Virus record (IMG/VR): IMGVR_UViG_3300032303_001959
Span: 8,845 to 72,844 of that record
Direction: 5' to 3' (one strand)
Length of the DNA: 64,000 bases
From: a virus
Taxonomy: Duplodnaviria > Caudoviricetes
Shown: positions 46,493-56,278 of the stretch, one piece after another
Position numbering within the stretch: position 1 is the first letter of the stretch
How the letters are laid out: the number at the start of each line of letters is the position of its first letter
Notes under the pieces: model-generated
The model's database searches: none
What the model was told of the DNA's origin: nothing
The model's input: only the letters and a program-made list of their open reading frames with translations
Made by a program: the position numbers and the translations under genes

Positions 46493-46816
46493 ATGACCGT
46501 CGAGATTGACTACGCTGAAGCTAAGTTCCGGCATGATGACCGGTTATACATAGCTATCGGCGGAGTAACCCACAATACCAAGGCAGAACACGCAGGTATC
46601 GGAAGCTACGAATACTGGGGCTGTCGTGAGTACGACACCAAGGTAGTAGCCGTTAGTGAGTTCAAGGACGCCGAGTTCATCGACGTCTGCATCTACCCCG
46701 ACGGCGACACATCACCCTTAGGCGATCCATCAGATGCCCTAGTAACAGCAGCCGAAGAAGCCTTGTTCGACAAGACGTACGAACGGGCTGAACAACAAGC
46801 AGCGGAGGCAACATGA
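46493..46816 (+). CDS. hypothetical acidic protein
   Basis: MTVEIDYAEAKF... inside the 46469..46816 ORF; contains GIGSYEYWG. Confidence 0.5.
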   Translation: MTVEIDYAEAKFRHDDRLYIAIGGVTHNTKAEHAGIGSYEYWGCREYDTKVVAVSEFKDAEFIDVCIYPDGDTSPLGDPSDALVTAAEEALFDKTYERAEQQAAEAT

Positions 46817-47296
46817 AACCTACAACCGAACAGATCAAAGCAGAGCTAAAGAAAATAACCAAAGACTTAGAGAAATACCGCAAGTTCATACCCAACGAGC
46901 ACGAAGAGTTGCTCTGCGTGGGTTGGATCGAGGCACTGACATGGGTCTTAGGCGAGGAGGAAGCATGAACAACATTGAGATACTGAGAGCAGCACTACAG
47001 GACTTTGTAGATTTCTACAATGATCCAAACATGCCGATGGCTGAGCTTGTTAGCCGGGCTCAAGAAGCATTAGACAAAACTAAAGGAAGTTACTGAGGGT
47101 AAAGTATGAAGAAAGCATCTGTCTGCGCTAACAGCTATGCCATCCCCGGTAGCTACCCAATCAAGAAGCTAAGGGCGAGGGCTAAACCTCAGATTATTTA
47201 CCGGTACGGCGAGTACTGGGAAGAACGCAGGGTCAGTTCAGCTCAGCGAGAACGAGGAGTGTTACAGCAATTCGTTCTTGTTAAGAAGGAACAGCT

Positions 47297-47479
47297 ATGA
47301 GCTACACCGTACGCGAGTGCGACTGTGGTTCAGGCAAGACATCCGACTGGGTCAATGACGGGCACGGCATACCGCTATGCCGTACCTGTCCTGATTGCCA
47401 CGACGAGAAGGTCAGCAGATACCGTCCCGATATCTTCAATAGATATCAGACGGAGGAGCAGATCGAGGATGATTATTGA
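47297..47479 (+). CDS. small Zn-finger-like protein
   Basis: CDCGSG...CRTCPDC...YRPDI. Confidence 0.6.
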   Translation: MSYTVRECDCGSGKTSDWVNDGHGIPLCRTCPDCHDEKVSRYRPDIFNRYQTEEQIEDDY

Positions 47480-47695
47480 TATGAATCTACCAACCATCAA
47501 TCGATTAAAGGCAGTCCATCTGATGGACCAGTCCGAGTTAGCGATGCTAATCGAGCAGTTCAACACGCTGCTTGCCTCACATCAAAGAGTTAAAAGCGAA
47601 GTGGAAACACTACGCCAAACCCTTAGCTCCTACGTTGGCTTCACGCAGAAGCTGACCGAGGAGATCACCCAATACAAAAGGAATAAAAGACCACG

Positions 47696-48019
47696 ATGAA
47701 CAACCTAACCGCAGAACCCATCAACAGGATTGAACCTTGCGATGACAACCCTAGCACACACAAGACCGGGGAGCTACGCAACATTACAGCCGACGAGATA
47801 ACCGCGATCCTTGGCTTCGAGCCCAACTTCTCTGATGATCCAGACAAGGTGGTTCACTCTTGGCTTGGACGATTCACTTACTCGGATGGAGAACGCAGGA
47901 CGTTCGCCATCTGGGACTACAAGGGATCGCACAAAGACAACAAGTTCAGTACCTGGGGCGACCAGGAGTTACTCAACGGACTGTTCTACGGGCACTACCA
48001 CCACGGTATGGGTTGGTAA
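47696..48019 (+). CDS. hypothetical protein
   Basis: 107 aa, ITAILGFEP...DKVVHSW...FAIWDYKG. Confidence 0.55.
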   Translation: MNNLTAEPINRIEPCDDNPSTHKTGELRNITADEITAILGFEPNFSDDPDKVVHSWLGRFTYSDGERRTFAIWDYKGSHKDNKFSTWGDQELLNGLFYGHYHHGMGW

Positions 48020-48021
48020 AT

Positions 48022-48043
48022 TACTGACGCTTATATGTCAGCA
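48022..48043. promoter_or_regulatory. conserved operator-like box
   Basis: TACTGAC-GCTTATAT-GTCAGCA, overlapping the ATG at 48035. Confidence 0.6.
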
Positions 48044-48376
48044 ACTTATACAATCCCTGGTTGGTTCAGCCCTGCCATGTCTCGCGCGATCATTCACGCA
48101 TACAAGGAGGGCTACAAAGCCAGAGAGATCAGTCGTCTATTCAACATTAAGTACAACCAAATCTACAGGTTCCTTGTGCTCAGCCAGCACTTGATCCCAA
48201 CCAAGAAAGTTAGACGTAATGAAGATAAATAAAATGGAGCTCAAAGACTTGAACCGCATCAAGTTGCGGCTCGAAAGTGTAAATGAGAAGACAGACAGCT
48301 CACCTGCCAAGGGTGACGAGTCCCCTTCCCTCTACTACAAGCACATCGCCGAACAACTACAACGGATAGGAGGCAA

Positions 48377-48823
48377 ATGAAATCAGCCGTACTCGATACG
48401 ATGGATGATCTGGAAGTAGGCATCGACCAGCTTCTACCTACCGCAAGCAATACACCTACAGGTAAAGACCTATGGGCTATCTGTTCAGAGAGCCAATGGG
48501 TTAGCCGTGCCTTTGGTTGGGAGAAGATCGACAAGACAACAACTGATCAGTTCCCCGACAACAAGGCAACCGTTCGGGCTAACCGCAACACCGGCAAGTC
48601 GAACATGGTTTACACAGTGTACTTCAACCAAGGCGCGGTAAACAAAACCAACAGCTGGGGCACCTACTACACGAGAAGTCGCGTGATGATATGTGTCTAT
48701 GGCGAGGCAGGTGCACGACGCTTCAGCCTTAACGGCGACAGCGGAACAGGCGGAGAACTTCAGAGGATCACCGACACAATGGAGTTCATTGAGTCGAGGA
48801 TCCAGGCCGCAAGTAACGGCTAA
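48377..48823 (+). CDS. hypothetical protein
   Basis: 148 aa, AGGAGG SD. Confidence 0.6.
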   Translation: MKSAVLDTMDDLEVGIDQLLPTASNTPTGKDLWAICSESQWVSRAFGWEKIDKTTTDQFPDNKATVRANRNTGKSNMVYTVYFNQGAVNKTNSWGTYYTRSRVMICVYGEAGARRFSLNGDSGTGGELQRITDTMEFIESRIQAASNG

Positions 48824-48883
48824 TCGGTACGGTTCTATGAACCGCGATCGACAAATCAATAAACTAAAACGGAGGATACACAC

Positions 48884-49234
48884 ATGGCTTACGTCGTCAC
48901 AGCGACACCTGACCAGGTTGACTTGTTCGGCAAGGCATCTGATCAGCTCAACAAAGCGAAGAAGGTACGCGATGATCTCGTCAAACGGGTCTTCATACCT
49001 TCGTCCGATAACGGTAACACGCACTGGGCAGGGTCACATTATCAGATCACTGCCTCTGAGAGGCGTGTTAACCGGTTCGATCTACCCACGTTGATCGAGA
49101 AACTTCAGGAGCGTGGCATCGATGATGCCAACGCGTTGGTTGAATCCTGTCAGAAGGATTCCATCAGCGTCTCGTTCCGATCCACCGTCCTTGTTGGACG
49201 GCTGGCACTACAACTAGCGGAAGCAACCAGCTAA
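48884..49234 (+). CDS. hypothetical protein
   Basis: 116 aa, GGAGG SD. Confidence 0.6.
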   Translation: MAYVVTATPDQVDLFGKASDQLNKAKKVRDDLVKRVFIPSSDNGNTHWAGSHYQITASERRVNRFDLPTLIEKLQERGIDDANALVESCQKDSISVSFRSTVLVGRLALQLAEATS

Positions 49235-49248
49235 AGGAGATACCCATC

Positions 49249-49995
49249 ATGGCTAAACTAAAAGCAACTGCACCCGTGTCCGTCGAAGCACTCGACGCAC
49301 ATCCCCTACCCCAAGCAACCGAAACCTTCCACCCCGTAGCACACGGTAGCCTGCACAACATGTTCTTGCAGGCATCCGAGGCTGCCGGACTGACTGTGGT
49401 ACCGGCTAAGTTCCAGCTCGCACCCAATGGCGAAATGGCAATCGGTACCTACAACCTCATCGACTCACGCCTGGATACGACAGAGACCAAGGCGCAGATC
49501 GGTTGGTTCAATAGCTGGGACAAGTCCTGCTCAGCCCGCATGTACATGGCGGACGAGATCAAGTGGTGCACCAACGGAATGGTCTTTGCTATGCGAGTGC
49601 TAGCCCGTAAGCACACGGCCAACATCCTGGCTGACCTGCCCGGTGGCATAGCCAAAGCTATGCACGATGCAGTACCCAAGTTCCTGGGTAACCGCATGCG
49701 CATCGACACCTACAAGTCGGTGGCCTTGGAGACCAAGGACGCTGACCACTTGCTCATGGAACACTGGCGTCAAGGTATCCTTGGTGACCGGCAGCTGAAG
49801 CGTGCTCACTCCGAGTGGGTCGAGCCTACCTACAATGCATTCAAACCACGCAGTGTCTGGTCCTTCCACAACGCCATCACCGAATCCCTGAAGTCAGCTG
49901 TCGTGTTCGATGCTCCGCATCTGACCACGCTGAGCAACGACATCCTGGATTCGTACACAAACTTCAGCGAACCCGTATTCGCTGGGGCCAACTGA
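49249..49995 (+). CDS. DUF932-like protein
   Basis: TFHPVAHG...FNSWDKS...WCTNGMVF...SVWSFHNAITE; AAGGAG SD. Confidence 0.6.
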   Translation: MAKLKATAPVSVEALDAHPLPQATETFHPVAHGSLHNMFLQASEAAGLTVVPAKFQLAPNGEMAIGTYNLIDSRLDTTETKAQIGWFNSWDKSCSARMYMADEIKWCTNGMVFAMRVLARKHTANILADLPGGIAKAMHDAVPKFLGNRMRIDTYKSVALETKDADHLLMEHWRQGILGDRQLKRAHSEWVEPTYNAFKPRSVWSFHNAITESLKSAVVFDAPHLTTLSNDILDSYTNFSEPVFAGAN

Positions 49996-50124
49996 TTGGA
50001 CGGGGAGTGTCGTGTAACAGCGGCACTCCCCTCCCCCTATGGCAACCGTAAGCAATAAACTCGGTAAGATCCTAGCCATCCTATCGGTGGTTGGTTTCAT
50101 ACTTCTATTACTACTGATGAAAAT

Positions 50125-52470
50125 ATGATCATAACAAACTCAAGACAGACACCGTTTCAGTCAGCACAGTTTGTAGAAAAACAATTCAGTATCCGCATCA
50201 ACCCTAAACTATTCGAGGCTCTCGGTTCGTTGTACACGGACCCAATCCTAGCCATCTGCCGTGAGTACATGACCAATGCAGATGAGGCACACCAGCTTGC
50301 CGGTCACAAGCAACCCATCCGGGTTACGTTACCCACGGTACTAAAGCCTGAGCTCGTCATCGAGGACAAGGGTCCTGGCTTATCGCAAGATAAGATCTTT
50401 GAGCTGTTCACCACATACGGTGCAAGCGGCGATGAGAAAGAGACAAGCAATGCGTACGAGGGTGGCTTCGGTCTAGGCGGTAAGTGCTGGCGGTCCTATG
50501 CCGACAGCATCATCGTTGAGTCCAAGCACGGTGGGGTCAAGACAATCTACTCGTTCTTCCTGGACGAGACGGGTATGGGTAAAGCTGCTGTCCTTGATAA
50601 GACCGCAGCTACCGGCACGGGTGTCACCATCCGTATCCCCATCAAGAAGGATGACATCGGTACCTTCACTGCACGCGCAGTAAAGATCGGCTCGATGTTT
50701 CCTGTCCGACCTACCTTCACCAACCTAACAGACGCACAGTTCAAGGAGTCAATGGATAACGACGCGGACTTTGCTAACCGGGCTACCATCCACAAAACAG
50801 ATAAGTTCAGTTACTTCGGGGATGGCTCTGCTTCGTATGTTCGTATGGGTAGGTTGGTCTACCCCGTCACCACTCAGCATCTTCCCTCCAACTTCAGCGC
50901 GATTCTCAAGAGTCTGCTCGAAGCTGGTGTGTTGATTAACTACACAGTTGGCGAACTGGATCTTGCGCCTAGCCGTGAGACGCTTAAGTACACCACCAAA
51001 ACCGTATCGGCTTTGTTCGGTGAGCTGAAAGCTGCGGCTGACGGGATGGCTAAGGGTATTCTTAAGGAAGTCAATGACCTCCCTTCGGAGCACCAAGCCA
51101 TCATCAAGATCAATGAGCTGACCCGTAAAGCATTTCGGGGCGGCAATCATTACAATAACGACGTCGAGAAGTTTAATTGTCAGTTGGCTGATAAGCTGGA
51201 CAAAAAGTGGACGTGGCAAGACAAGCCGCTTCTACATAAAACCTATGAACTAGGTAAAGCGTTCCCACCTGAACCATCGGGTTACCCGAACACAACGGTT
51301 GAATACTACAAGTCACTAGGTTTGTGCAGTCGTGTGTTTTGGTTGAGAAACTGGGGCTCTAAAAACTTACAGTTCCAAGATGAACGGGAGATCATCCCGT
51401 CCAAGCGTGCTGCCTTCGTAACGACAGGTACTCGCATGTCCTCACCCAATGCGAGGATTAAGAAGTATCTGAACGACAACAAGGAGGTTGACCACGTTTA
51501 TGTGCTGGGTCTTAGCGACGCAGCCAAAGCCAAGGTCCTAGCCAAGTACCCGGGGTTGATGAGCTTACCGTTCATCGAAGCCGATACCTTGCCGCTACCT
51601 GAAAGGGATAGCTCCGGCGACGGCAGCACAGCTGCTGGCGTTAAGAGTAAGAAGCACTGCAAGGGCAACGTGTTTGTGTTCGATGGCAACAATTCGAATG
51701 CAGAGAAACGTTCCGACTTGTGGAGCATAACCAAAGACTACGACTTAGACGTACAAGAGATCTATGTCGTGTTGGATAACTTCCACGCCAACACCTTGAA
51801 AGGTGGGCACTTTGGTATGTGTCTCAACACCGCCAGGAAAGCACTGGCTTCAGTAGGTATGAAGTTTGCCCACATCCACGGTATCAAGACTAGCGAACTA
51901 GATAAGGTTAAAGACTCCAAGTGGTTGCATATCACTGAAGCCTTCGACTTAGCCTGCGCCAATCTTGATGCTGACGAAGCATTGAAGGCCAAGGTCTACC
52001 CGATCATGGCCTACTCGATGGTTGGCAAAGGACTTCATTGGTCCGACAGACCAAAGAACATGACGGAGAAACAACACGGCAATCTGTCTTATCTGAGAGA
52101 GATGCTTAAACGAGTGAGCTCGTTTGTTGAAGGTGCAAAAGGACTTGATGAAGTTCTGTTGGATCTTAACCGCGAGTTCAAAGCGTTGAGCGATGAACGT
52201 GCAACCTACGAATGTTGGTTGAGCATGGCATACACCCTCGACTTTAAATGGTCAAACGTTGTGGGGTATGAGCCAGCGATCTTCGACAAGATCCGTTCCT
52301 TACTCAGAGATTACCCACTGCTGCGTTACTTCAACTACAACTCCAATAGTTTGAACGACACGTTCAGATCTAAAGGGGTCGCAGCCTTGAATGAATACAT
52401 AACTTTGAAGCAACCCCTGGTTCAGAAGAATCAGGCTCAGCTTCCCAACAAAGAAAGAGAGGTAGCATGA
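50125..52470 (+). CDS. rIIA: RIIA-like protein (N-terminal GHKL ATPase)
   Basis: LYTDPILAICREYMTNADEAH, IEDKGPGLS, GGFGLGGK, LDLAPSRETL. Confidence 0.85.
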   Translation: MIITNSRQTPFQSAQFVEKQFSIRINPKLFEALGSLYTDPILAICREYMTNADEAHQLAGHKQPIRVTLPTVLKPELVIEDKGPGLSQDKIFELFTTYGASGDEKETSNAYEGGFGLGGKCWRSYADSIIVESKHGGVKTIYSFFLDETGMGKAAVLDKTAATGTGVTIRIPIKKDDIGTFTARAVKIGSMFPVRPTFTNLTDAQFKESMDNDADFANRATIHKTDKFSYFGDGSASYVRMGRLVYPVTTQHLPSNFSAILKSLLEAGVLINYTVGELDLAPSRETLKYTTKTVSALFGELKAAADGMAKGILKEVNDLPSEHQAIIKINELTRKAFRGGNHYNNDVEKFNCQLADKLDKKWTWQDKPLLHKTYELGKAFPPEPSGYPNTTVEYYKSLGLCSRVFWLRNWGSKNLQFQDEREIIPSKRAAFVTTGTRMSSPNARIKKYLNDNKEVDHVYVLGLSDAAKAKVLAKYPGLMSLPFIEADTLPLPERDSSGDGSTAAGVKSKKHCKGNVFVFDGNNSNAEKRSDLWSITKDYDLDVQEIYVVLDNFHANTLKGGHFGMCLNTARKALASVGMKFAHIHGIKTSELDKVKDSKWLHITEAFDLACANLDADEALKAKVYPIMAYSMVGKGLHWSDRPKNMTEKQHGNLSYLREMLKRVSSFVEGAKGLDEVLLDLNREFKALSDERATYECWLSMAYTLDFKWSNVVGYEPAIFDKIRSLLRDYPLLRYFNYNSNSLNDTFRSKGVAALNEYITLKQPLVQKNQAQLPNKEREVA

Positions 52471-53312
52471 ACATAATCATAACCGAAAATGACCTGACTG
52501 CGGTCATCAACAACAAGTCCTACACCCTCCGCAAGGAACACCCAAACTTCCGGTTGGTGGTGGACGGTATCAAGAACAAGCTCCCTGAGACGGAGATCGT
52601 TGACTTGATGGACGTCACCAAGAGCGTTGTTCACTACACCGACGGTAAGGTGGAAGTGCGTAACGGCGAGGTGTTCTACGACAACGAGCCAGTACAAGGC
52701 ACGTTGGTAGAGCGTCTGCTCAGCTTCATGCAGGAAGGTCTCCCGCATGAACCCTACATAAAGTTTTTAGAAAACCTTATGCAGAACCCCAGCAGTCGTA
52801 GCCGGTCTCAGTTGTACCGCTTCCTTGAGCACAAGAGTTTGCCCATCACAGATGATGGCTGCTTCCTTGCGTACAAGGGGGTCAGGGACAACTACCTGGA
52901 CTGCCACTCTGGCACGATCGACAACAACCCCGGACGGCGCATCACCATGCCCCGTTCCAGGATCTCAGATGATCCTGACCTGGGTTGTCACACTGGGTTA
53001 CACGTGGGTAGCGAGGAGTATGCGACCAGCTTTGGTCAGCGTACCGTCATCGTTAAGGTTAACCCTCGTAACGTAGTGTCAGTCCCCTTGGACTGCGAGT
53101 GCCAGAAGATGCGGGTCTGTGAGTACGAGGTGACGGCGGATTACGCCGGCTCCATGCGTCAGACTTACAGCTCCAGCAATACTGGGTACGGTGACAATAG
53201 CTATTACAACGATACCGATAATGATTGCAGCGACGAGGATGAGTCCGGTGCATGCAGCACTTCCGTCCTCAACCCCAATCGTTACGAGTACAAGTTCACA
53301 CATCAGGTCTAA
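52467..53312 (+). CDS. rIIB: RIIB-like protein
   Basis: FLENLMQNPS...QLYRFL...ITDDGCFLAYKGV...GLHVG...VKVNPRNVVSVP.D...KMRVCEYEV. Confidence 0.88.
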   Translation: MNIIITENDLTAVINNKSYTLRKEHPNFRLVVDGIKNKLPETEIVDLMDVTKSVVHYTDGKVEVRNGEVFYDNEPVQGTLVERLLSFMQEGLPHEPYIKFLENLMQNPSSRSRSQLYRFLEHKSLPITDDGCFLAYKGVRDNYLDCHSGTIDNNPGRRITMPRSRISDDPDLGCHTGLHVGSEEYATSFGQRTVIVKVNPRNVVSVPLDCECQKMRVCEYEVTADYAGSMRQTYSSSNTGYGDNSYYNDTDNDCSDEDESGACSTSVLNPNRYEYKFTHQV

Positions 53313-53313
53313 T

Positions 53314-53335
53314 TACTGACTGATGATGGCCAGTA
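53314..53335. promoter_or_regulatory. conserved operator-like box
   Basis: TACTGAC-TGATGATG-GCCAGTA, directly after the rIIB stop. Confidence 0.6.
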
Positions 53336-53365
53336 AGGGGCGGTCGCCCCTATCCGACCGCCCCT
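53336..53365 (+). terminator. GC-rich hairpin without U-tract (terminator or processing site)
   Basis: Perfect 11-bp stem AGGGGCGGTCG/CGACCGCCCCT. Confidence 0.45.
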
Positions 53366-53582
53366 GAAAACCATAAGGAGGACACATGAGTGGAGTTACA
53401 TACGGACAGTGGCAAGCAAGGATGTCGTCTCAAGCTGCAGCTGAAAGCTCTCGTGAATACCACGATCTTAAAGCTCAGATGCTTCGGCTAGAGAATCAAA
53501 AGCTTAAGGAAGAAATCCTTAGGCTACAGAAAGACAACAGGCAACTAGATCGAGAGGAACAACTTCGATCGGAGCGTTGGGC

Positions 53583-53801
53583 ATGAGCTTACTCAACAGA
53601 GCGGCAGTCAAACGTTGTGCCTTGGACATGGCCAGCTTCAAGTTCAAGGAACGCAACAAGACCAGGTTGGAGATGGGCATCGCCCCGCTGAAAGCTGCGC
53701 CTTCACGGGTTAGTGGCGAGTTCATGGACAACTTTGAAGCAAAGGTAATCAACACACTTAACACTATGGTCAACGACCATAAGACAGGAGCAACACTATG
53801 A
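53583..53801 (+). CDS. small protein with histone-fold-like pattern
   Basis: LLNRAAVKR...RVSGEFMDNFEAKVINTLNTMVNDHKTGATL. Confidence 0.35.
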   Translation: MSLLNRAAVKRCALDMASFKFKERNKTRLEMGIAPLKAAPSRVSGEFMDNFEAKVINTLNTMVNDHKTGATL

Positions 53802-53979
53802 CAATAAAAGAAAGAAGAATGCTCATTACGAAACATGCAAAAGACCTTCCCCAGTTGCGAGAAGCCGCAGCGGAAGTAGGAAGTTGCAGCGTCAACGAGG
53901 ACTTAGGTTGGACCAAGGGTTACATTGCTGGTCTAAGCCACGGTAAATATAAAACACAAGCGGAGCTGAAAAGAAAAGT

Positions 53980-54618
53980 ATGACATTAGCTATGGCTGAG
54001 TCCACGATCGGGGCTCTGTCCAATCCAAGCAAGATGCCCGGCTGGGGCTGGGGCATCTCCGCACTTAACTGCAACATCGGTACCAAACTAAGAGAAGTTG
54101 TCGATAGCGTATGCGCTGAGTGCTACGCCCTACGCAATCGGTACGTCATGCAGAATGTGGTGCAGGCTCACGCTAAGCGTCAGCTTGCATCCAACCGGCA
54201 CGACTGGGCCGACATAATGGCCATGATGATCAACCTGAAATCAAAGAACAAAGGTGGCGACGCCTTCCGTTGGTTTGATTCTGGTGATCTTCAATCGGTA
54301 GAATTACTGACAAAGATCTGTCAGGTCTGCGTCAAGACACCTAAGGTAAAGCACTACCTACCAACAAAGGAATACAAGATCGTACAGGACTATGTCCAGG
54401 GTGGCGGGGTTATCCCTGACAACCTGTGCATCAGGCTATCCGCTTACATCATTGACGGTCCCCTACCCCAAGCCTTGGCCCAACGCCTCGGCGTACAGAC
54501 AGCTGTAACCGTTACTAACAACGCTACCTGCCCAGCCAAACAGCAGAACAACAAGTGCTTGGACTGCCGCATTTGCTGGGACAAAGCCACAACCAACGTC
54601 AGCTACATCAAACATTAA
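53980..54618 (+). CDS. Gp88-like Cys-rich (Fe-S) protein
   Basis: LSNPSKMPG, C...VCAECYA, FRWFDSGD, TCPA...CLDCRICW. Confidence 0.7.
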   Translation: MTLAMAESTIGALSNPSKMPGWGWGISALNCNIGTKLREVVDSVCAECYALRNRYVMQNVVQAHAKRQLASNRHDWADIMAMMINLKSKNKGGDAFRWFDSGDLQSVELLTKICQVCVKTPKVKHYLPTKEYKIVQDYVQGGGVIPDNLCIRLSAYIIDGPLPQALAQRLGVQTAVTVTNNATCPAKQQNNKCLDCRICWDKATTNVSYIKH

Positions 54619-54628
54619 GAAAGGATAC

Positions 54629-55201
54629 ATGATACAACCCATTAACCCTGTCAATGTTACCGACTACCAACGAGACGACGTTAACCTTCAAGCGTTCTGG
54701 ATCTTCTGCATACTGACCGCCGGCAAGAATGCCGACACGGCAGCTAAGAAAGTATCGGAGTTACTGAACCGATTCACTACGCAGAAGCCCTTTGAATACA
54801 TCAGACAGCTTGGGCCTATTGCCCTGCGCAACGCTCTGCTCTCCGCCAAAAGCGGACAGTATGAGCGGATCTCCCAAGCCTTAATGGAATCATGCAACCT
54901 CAACCTTAGATACGCCACGACGGATGAACTAGACGATGTCTACGGTGTAGGTCCCAAGACAGCTAGGTTCTTCATCCTACATACCAGACCCTTGGTTAGG
55001 GTCGCTGTGCTCGACACCCACATCCTCAAATGGATGAAAAGTGTCGGCGTAGAAGATGTGCCTGAGGCATCCCCAACAGACAAAGAAGTGTACGAAAAGT
55101 ATGAGCGCATCTGGCTCACGCTTTACCCGTCACACTTCCCCAACTGCACGCCAGCTCAAGCCGACTTGCTTATCTGGAGATTAATGAGCGGACGCGAATG
55201 A
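54629..55201 (+). CDS. HhH-GPD DNA glycosylase (archaeal Ogg-like)
   Basis: HhH motif VYGVGPKTARF with the catalytic Lys, and VLDTH with the catalytic Asp. Confidence 0.75.
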   Translation: MIQPINPVNVTDYQRDDVNLQAFWIFCILTAGKNADTAAKKVSELLNRFTTQKPFEYIRQLGPIALRNALLSAKSGQYERISQALMESCNLNLRYATTDELDDVYGVGPKTARFFILHTRPLVRVAVLDTHILKWMKSVGVEDVPEASPTDKEVYEKYERIWLTLYPSHFPNCTPAQADLLIWRLMSGRE

Positions 55202-55410
55202 GATTCTTTTACCACTTCAACAAACCCTTATCGGTACAACGCAAGGACGTCTGGTGGACTATTCACTACCAGGGTCGTTGCGTTCCCATCACAGGTTTCG
55301 AGTGCCGTGTGCCGACACACGATCGCAAACGAAAATCACAACCCCGTGCAGTTGTTTGGGGCGATGCCCATAGCATCAGCATACAAGACAACCGCGCAAT
55401 TATTACATGA
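55198..55410 (+). CDS. hypothetical protein
   Basis: 70 aa, RFFYHFNKP...KRKSQPRAV; ATGA overlap. Confidence 0.6.
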   Translation: MRFFYHFNKPLSVQRKDVWWTIHYQGRCVPITGFECRVPTHDRKRKSQPRAVVWGDAHSISIQDNRAIIT

Positions 55411-55637
55411 AGGATACCCCTATGACGACATACGCCATTAAGAATAACCGCAACCTTTGGCTCTCAATCGACGATACCTGGCTTGACCTTGAACAAGGCA
55501 TACGCCAAGACACGATACGTGGCTACACAGAATTAGAAGCAGTTAACGAGGATCTACTCAAGTACCAGCAGGATCAGGCTACAGTTGCCTACCATCCCTG
55601 GCAGACGGGTAAGACCCGGGAGCTGCAGCTTACATGA
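55407..55637 (+). CDS. hypothetical protein
   Basis: 76 aa, ATGA overlaps at both ends. Confidence 0.55.
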   Translation: MKDTPMTTYAIKNNRNLWLSIDDTWLDLEQGIRQDTIRGYTELEAVNEDLLKYQQDQATVAYHPWQTGKTRELQLT

Positions 55638-56278
55638 CAGCCGCCATTAGGGATCTCTACTACAACCTTAAACAATCCGACATCGACAGCTACACCCGCT
55701 ACTGGGATGAGATTAACCCCAGAGGAGATAAGATGCGGGAGTTCAAGTTCTGGATGTTCAGTATCTTTGCAGCCAACATGGGCTGGGAAGACAACGTCAA
55801 GTGCATGGAAGCTGTCGGCAACCACAATGATTGGATCGACAATACAGCCGAGTTAGAACGTAGACTGTACAACGCACGCACTGGTTTATGGCGGAGCAAA
55901 GCCAGAGACATCCAGCGTTTCACACAGTTGTTTATGCACAAGTATCACAGCTTTGTGCGTCAATCCAACGAAAGCTGCACTGAATACCGCAACCGCATTG
56001 CCGCGACTGTCCCTGGTTTAGGGCTGGCTAAAGCCAGCTTTGCCATCGGCATGTTGAATCCTAACTGCATGGTCGTCTGCCTGGATCGATTGATCTTGCG
56101 TGGAATCCATGCATTAAAAGGACGGCAAGTAAACAAAACGGAGTACACAAAAATGGAGAACCATTGGACTAGACTCGCCTCTGACTATGACGTTAAACCG
56201 TTCATTGCTAGAGAGATCTGGTGGAACAAGCTTCAAGGCTTTAAGTCCACGAGATACTGGAGTAAGACATTGGAATGA
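55634..56278 (+). CDS. second, divergent HhH-GPD glycosylase-like protein
   Basis: VPGLGLAKASF (HhH) and VCLDRLILR. Confidence 0.6.
   Translation: MTAAIRDLYYNLKQSDIDSYTRYWDEINPRGDKMREFKFWMFSIFAANMGWEDNVKCMEAVGNHNDWIDNTAELERRLYNARTGLWRSKARDIQRFTQLFMHKYHSFVRQSNESCTEYRNRIAATVPGLGLAKASFAIGMLNPNCMVVCLDRLILRGIHALKGRQVNKTEYTKMENHWTRLASDYDVKPFIAREIWWNKLQGFKSTRYWSKTLE

Noticed and set aside
53320-53369. Hammerhead ribozyme (CTGATGA ... hairpin ... GAAA)
   Set aside because: Nine unpaired bases separate CUGAUGA from the stem, the G-C pair closing stem II before GAAA is missing, and no stems I/III are found. CTGATGA is the spacer of the conserved box.
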